Of a DNA stretch of 50,727 nt, positions 47,551-50,727 are shown piece by piece. Origin of the DNA: an uncultured Anaerolineales bacterium (GTDB lineage Bacteria; Planctomycetota; Phycisphaerae; FEN-1346); NCBI GenBank assembly GCA_964437855.1, contig CAYTJE010000002.1, positions 1 to 50,727 on the forward strand, written 5' to 3'. Within the stretch, counting starts at the first letter, position 1; every line of letters begins with the position of its first letter. The notes beneath the pieces are model-generated. The model did not search any database, was not told where the DNA came from, and worked only from the letters and a program-made list of their open reading frames with translations. A program made the position numbers and the translations under genes.

Positions 47551-49173
47551 GGTCTCCGCCGGCGCGAGGGCCCGGGCCGCCTCAAGCGAGACGACCGCTG
47601 CCAGCACCGCCAGGGCCGCCAGCACCACGGCGACGATTTTGAGCCGGCGGGCCCGCCGCTCGGCCCGGCGCAGGCGCGACGGCCGGCCGAGCACCTGCCT
47701 GAGGAACCGGCGCCGGCGGGCCACGCTGAAATGGCGGAGGCCGCCGACCGTCTCCGGCGTCCCGTTGAGGCGTGCGATGCGGCGGAGGGCGGTCTCGAAC
47801 ACGCGGACGCGATGCTCGCAGACGGCCGGCGCCGCGGCCGCGCCGGGTGCCGCCGGGGGCGGGGCCGGGGCCGCCCCGGTCGCTTCCGGGTCTGCGCCGG
47901 CCGGTGCCGTGTTCCCGCCGGCCGGCTCCAGGGGTTCGTCGGCGGGCTCCCCGCGGGTCGGCTGCGGCGGCGGGTCCGTCTCCCCAGGCGGCAAGGGGGC
48001 GGGCGCCGGCACCGCCTCCCGGAGGCGGGAGGCGCGCCGGCCCGCGTCCGGCGGCGAGCAGCCCGCCGGGCAGACCGTCGCGCGGACGGCGTACAGGTCG
48101 GCCTCCTGCTCGCACCGCCGCGACACATAGCCGAAGCCGACGGTCAGGTAGCCCATCACCAGGCCGGCCATCGCCACGGTCCCCATCCAGCGCGTGCCCG
48201 TCACCAGGGCCAGCACCTGGCCGGCCGCGACGGCCAGGCTGACGGCCCCGACCGTCATGACGAGGAACAGGAGGACGTGCCGCTGCTTCACGTGGCCCGC
48301 CTCGTGGGCGAAGACGGCCTCGACCTCCTCGGCCGACAGGCTCAGGAGCAGCGCGTCGGTAATCAGGATGTAGCGAAACGGCCCGACCAGGCCGATCATG
48401 CAGCCGTTGGCGATCGAGAGGTTCGTCCGCCAGACGAGGACGTCCGCCACGTGCACGCCGGCCCGCCGGGCCAGCGCCACGAGGCGCCGGCGGAGGCGTC
48501 CGGCGGGCAGCGGCTCGGTCCGCCAGCACGTCCGGACCCACGGACCGGCGAGGGTGGCGGCCAGGCCGAGCGCCACCACGTCCACCAGGGCGACGCCGGG
48601 CTCGGAGACCACCTGCATGGCCGCGTCGTTCACGCTCAGCAGGACCAGCATCGGCACGAGGATGACCAGCAGGTACTGACGGACCATGAACTCCAGGTAT
48701 CTTGGGAAGGTCCAGCGGCGGCCGGCCAGGGGCGCGCCCGCCCGCTCGACCATCAGGGCCCGGAGCCGGCGGTCGGCCCCGTAGAGGGCCGTCCACGCCA
48801 CGAGCAGCAGCAGCACCAGGGGCGCCAGGTTCATGGCCAGGACGGGCACGGCCCAGGTTCCGACGGCGGCCCAGTGGCCGGCCATCCCCGCCCAGCCGCA
48901 CCCGAACAGCACGAGGGCGTACGCGGCCACGACGAGCAGGCGGTAGCCCTTGCCGAGCAGCCCGACCGTGCGGAGAAACCGCCGTTCGTCGGCCTCGATG
49001 CGTCGGCGGCGGAGCAGGATGTAGCCGCTGATGGCCAGCCCGGCCAGGAACACCGCGACGGCCACCGCCCCGGTCCCCAGGAAGGCCGTCACGGGATGGG
49101 GAGCCTTGGCCGCGCCGGCGAAGTCGGTCGCAACCACCGCCAGGACCAGGCCTAGGAGGATGGAGGCGTACAT
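47212..49173 (-). CDS. M48-family zinc metallopeptidase, polytopic membrane protein
   Basis: 653 aa from the ATG at 49173. Has multiple N-terminal TM helices, HEAGH (HExxH), a downstream CEQEAD Glu ligand-like motif, a Pro/Ala-rich linker and a further TM helix. The first in-frame stop is at 47212, so the last ~113 codons run antisense to the S24 repressor gene. Confidence 0.78.
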   Translation of the reverse strand: MYASILLGLVLAVVATDFAGAAKAPHPVTAFLGTGAVAVAVFLAGLAISGYILLRRRRIEADERRFLRTVGLLGKGYRLLVVAAYALVLFGCGWAGMAGHWAAVGTWAVPVLAMNLAPLVLLLLVAWTALYGADRRLRALMVERAGAPLAGRRWTFPRYLEFMVRQYLLVILVPMLVLLSVNDAAMQVVSEPGVALVDVVALGLAATLAGPWVRTCWRTEPLPAGRLRRRLVALARRAGVHVADVLVWRTNLSIANGCMIGLVGPFRYILITDALLLSLSAEEVEAVFAHEAGHVKQRHVLLFLVMTVGAVSLAVAAGQVLALVTGTRWMGTVAMAGLVMGYLTVGFGYVSRRCEQEADLYAVRATVCPAGCSPPDAGRRASRLREAVPAPAPLPPGETDPPPQPTRGEPADEPLEPAGGNTAPAGADPEATGAAPAPPPAAPGAAAAPAVCEHRVRVFETALRRIARLNGTPETVGGLRHFSVARRRRFLRQVLGRPSRLRRAERRARRLKIVAVVLAALAVLAAVVSLEAARALAPAETLETDEPEDPARPEDRRPPRRTLWTRFIDRHQVDPLGRGAPQFDGDADAALDLDDGRLAGPRRGVAPGDDDVAVADAGGHAVAVHAERKRARFQGPEGGHVQELRDAVGRRLG

Positions 49174-49211
49174 AAGGTCTCCCTGGACGGCGACCGGTCG
49201 GCGCGCGGCCG

Positions 49212-50612
49212 TCACTTCTCTATACGGTCCCGGCCGAAGGTTGTGTGGACAATCTTCGGCTTGTAGCGGAAGTAATCGAAATCCGGACTCTGCACGGGGC
49301 CGTGGCACGACATGCAGAGGCGCGACGAGATGGCCATCCGCGGCTCCGGGTCCACGCCCTCCTCCTCGTGCTCCGTGGTCACGACGTGGCAGGCCTGGCA
49401 GGTGACGCGTCCGAGGGCCGGCGTCTTCCGGATGGAGACGAATCCGCCGTCCCGCCCCAGGCCCATCGTATGGCAGAGGAGGCACTCGGGGTCCTCGTGT
49501 CGTCCGGCGGCGCGGACCGACTCGTAGGCGCGGGCGTGGGCCGTGGTCCGCCAGTGGGCGTACTCGTCCTCGTGGCACTCCTTGCAGGCCTCGGCCGGCT
49601 GGTAGCGCGGCGGGACGGGCGTCTCGTCCCAGTCGGGCGGCGGGGCGTCCTTGGCTTCGTCCACGTACGTCCAGTACAGGTCCATGACCCACGGGGCGTC
49701 GGGGATGCGGGCCGAGAGGGTGGTCATATCGCCGGAGAGGCGCACGCCCTGCCCGCCCTCGCCGGGTTCGACGGTCAGGCATCCGAGCATGGTGCCTGCA
49801 GGCCCCGGGGCCACCAGGAGGGTCTCGCCGATGCGCTCCGGCCGGGGGAGATGCCGGTAGGGGCGTCCCGCGACGACCACGTCGAGGCCGTCGACGCGCC
49901 GGGCGAGGTCCCGCGCCTCGTCCATCGACTGGTGCGCGAGGGCCACCACGAGGTCGCACGCGGCCAGGGCCTCGGCCTCGCGGCGGGCGGCCCGGACGGG
50001 CGGCTCCACGTCCAGACCCGTGCGCCACTCCCGGGGCGGAAACCCCCAGGCCCGGTCGGCGATGACGGCAAAGACCCCGATGCGCATCCCGGCCACGCGG
50101 CGGACGACGTGCGGCGGGACGACGGCCTCGCCGGCGTCGGTCCGCACGTTGGCGCAGACGAGCGGCAGGCCGTGACGCGCGCGGAGGCGGCGAAGCCGCT
50201 CGACGCCCAGCAGCCACTCCGTCTCGCCCAGGCCGATGGCATCGTACCGGGCGCGGGACGCCGCCCGGGCCAGGTAGGCGACCTTGACCCGGTTCGGCCG
50301 GGCGGGCATGAGGTTGCCGGCGTCGAGGAGGAGGACGTGTCGGCGTGTCCGGCGGTACTGTTCGACGAGTCCCTGCCGCTTGGCGAAGCCGCCGCTGGGG
50401 TTCGAGGGACATCCGCAGGCCGCCAGCACGCCCTGGTTGTCGGCGGCGTAGAGGAGGACGAGGCGGGTGTCGCGGCCGGTGGGCTCGCAGCCGGTCACGA
50501 GGGCCATCAGGGCGGCACCCGCGGCGGCCGCCAGGAGGGCGGCCAGACTCGCCCACGCCGCCGCGGTCAGCGCGGGGAGGCGGCGGTGCCAGCGGGCCAT
50601 TTGGCGGACCAT
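49212..50612 (-). CDS. Lipoprotein fusion: 5'-nucleotidase/metallophosphatase-like domain + C-terminal tetrahaem c-type cytochrome domain
   Basis: 466 aa. Has the lipobox LVTGC and an N-terminal Ser/Thr-phosphatase-like fold pattern (LLLDAGN, DAIGLGETEW). The C-terminal third carries four CxxCH motifs: CKECH, CLLCH, CQACH and CMSCH. Confidence 0.78.
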   Translation of the reverse strand: MVRQMARWHRRLPALTAAAWASLAALLAAAAGAALMALVTGCEPTGRDTRLVLLYAADNQGVLAACGCPSNPSGGFAKRQGLVEQYRRTRRHVLLLDAGNLMPARPNRVKVAYLARAASRARYDAIGLGETEWLLGVERLRRLRARHGLPLVCANVRTDAGEAVVPPHVVRRVAGMRIGVFAVIADRAWGFPPREWRTGLDVEPPVRAARREAEALAACDLVVALAHQSMDEARDLARRVDGLDVVVAGRPYRHLPRPERIGETLLVAPGPAGTMLGCLTVEPGEGGQGVRLSGDMTTLSARIPDAPWVMDLYWTYVDEAKDAPPPDWDETPVPPRYQPAEACKECHEDEYAHWRTTAHARAYESVRAAGRHEDPECLLCHTMGLGRDGGFVSIRKTPALGRVTCQACHVVTTEHEEEGVDPEPRMAISSRLCMSCHGPVQSPDFDYFRYKPKIVHTTFGRDRIEK

Positions 50613-50624
50613 GTGAAGGACTCC

Positions 50625-50727
50625 GGAACGCCCGCGGCGGGTCTGGGCCTACGGAAGCGTGTGCCGGCGACCCCCCGCGCGGGAAAAGGCATTTTCGGGG
50701 CCGCGCGGCGGCCTGGGAAGGCCGCCG
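50625..50727. repeat. REP-like GC-rich palindromic sequence at the window edge
   Basis: GCGGCGGGTCTGGGCC.. and ..CGCGCGGCGGCCTGGGAAGGCCGCCG contain arms of the same type. Truncated by the window end. Confidence 0.4.

Overview
High-GC (roughly 70%) bacterial chromosomal window with about 36 protein-coding genes, mostly housekeeping. The gene style (prepilin-type pseudopilins, a BatA/VWA protein, PilZ, an ECF sigma pair, AAGGAGG-type RBS) suggests a Planctomycetota-like organism, but I cannot verify that without a search.

Gene order:
- pgk-gap (-)
- an orphan pseudopilin trio, a BatA-N/VWA membrane protein (+) and a PilZ gene (-)
- mnmG (-)
- four tandem Hsp20 genes followed by lon (+)
- a sigma-70-family factor and apt (-)
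- rpsA with an acidic repeat tail (-)
- cmk-plsC-ispH (-)
- a UbiA-family prenyltransferase (+)
- a secreted hypothetical protein (-)
- pyrK-pyrD (-)
- rimO-pgsA (+)
- a kinase-like/membrane/PgpA fusion (-)
- addB-addA (+)
- an XRE-cupin regulator (+)
- a lipoprotein metallophosphoesterase (-)
- an ECF sigma/anti-sigma pair (-)
- a CI/LexA-like XRE-S24 repressor (+)
- a metallophosphatase-tetrahaem cytochrome followed by an M48 protease (-)

I saw no rRNA, tRNA, CRISPR array, transposase, integrase or recognisable defence-system genes.

The CDS list leaves four main things unexplained:
1. A GC-rich palindromic (REP/BIME-like) element family fills almost every intergenic gap over 100 bp. It includes a co-oriented three-hairpin composite, a 9-bp-stem hairpin with compensatory substitutions, and a 143-bp unit bounded by inverted repeats. 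Copies also sit in frame inside the addA linker.
2. A low-GC island of helically phased A-tracts lies between the convergent pgsA and the PgpA-fusion gene.
3. The kinase-like/PgpA architecture itself is unusual.
4. The M48 protease gene and the S24 repressor gene overlap convergently by 339 bp.

I did not find a clear multi-gene novel system. All functional calls come from motif recognition by eye and need database confirmation.
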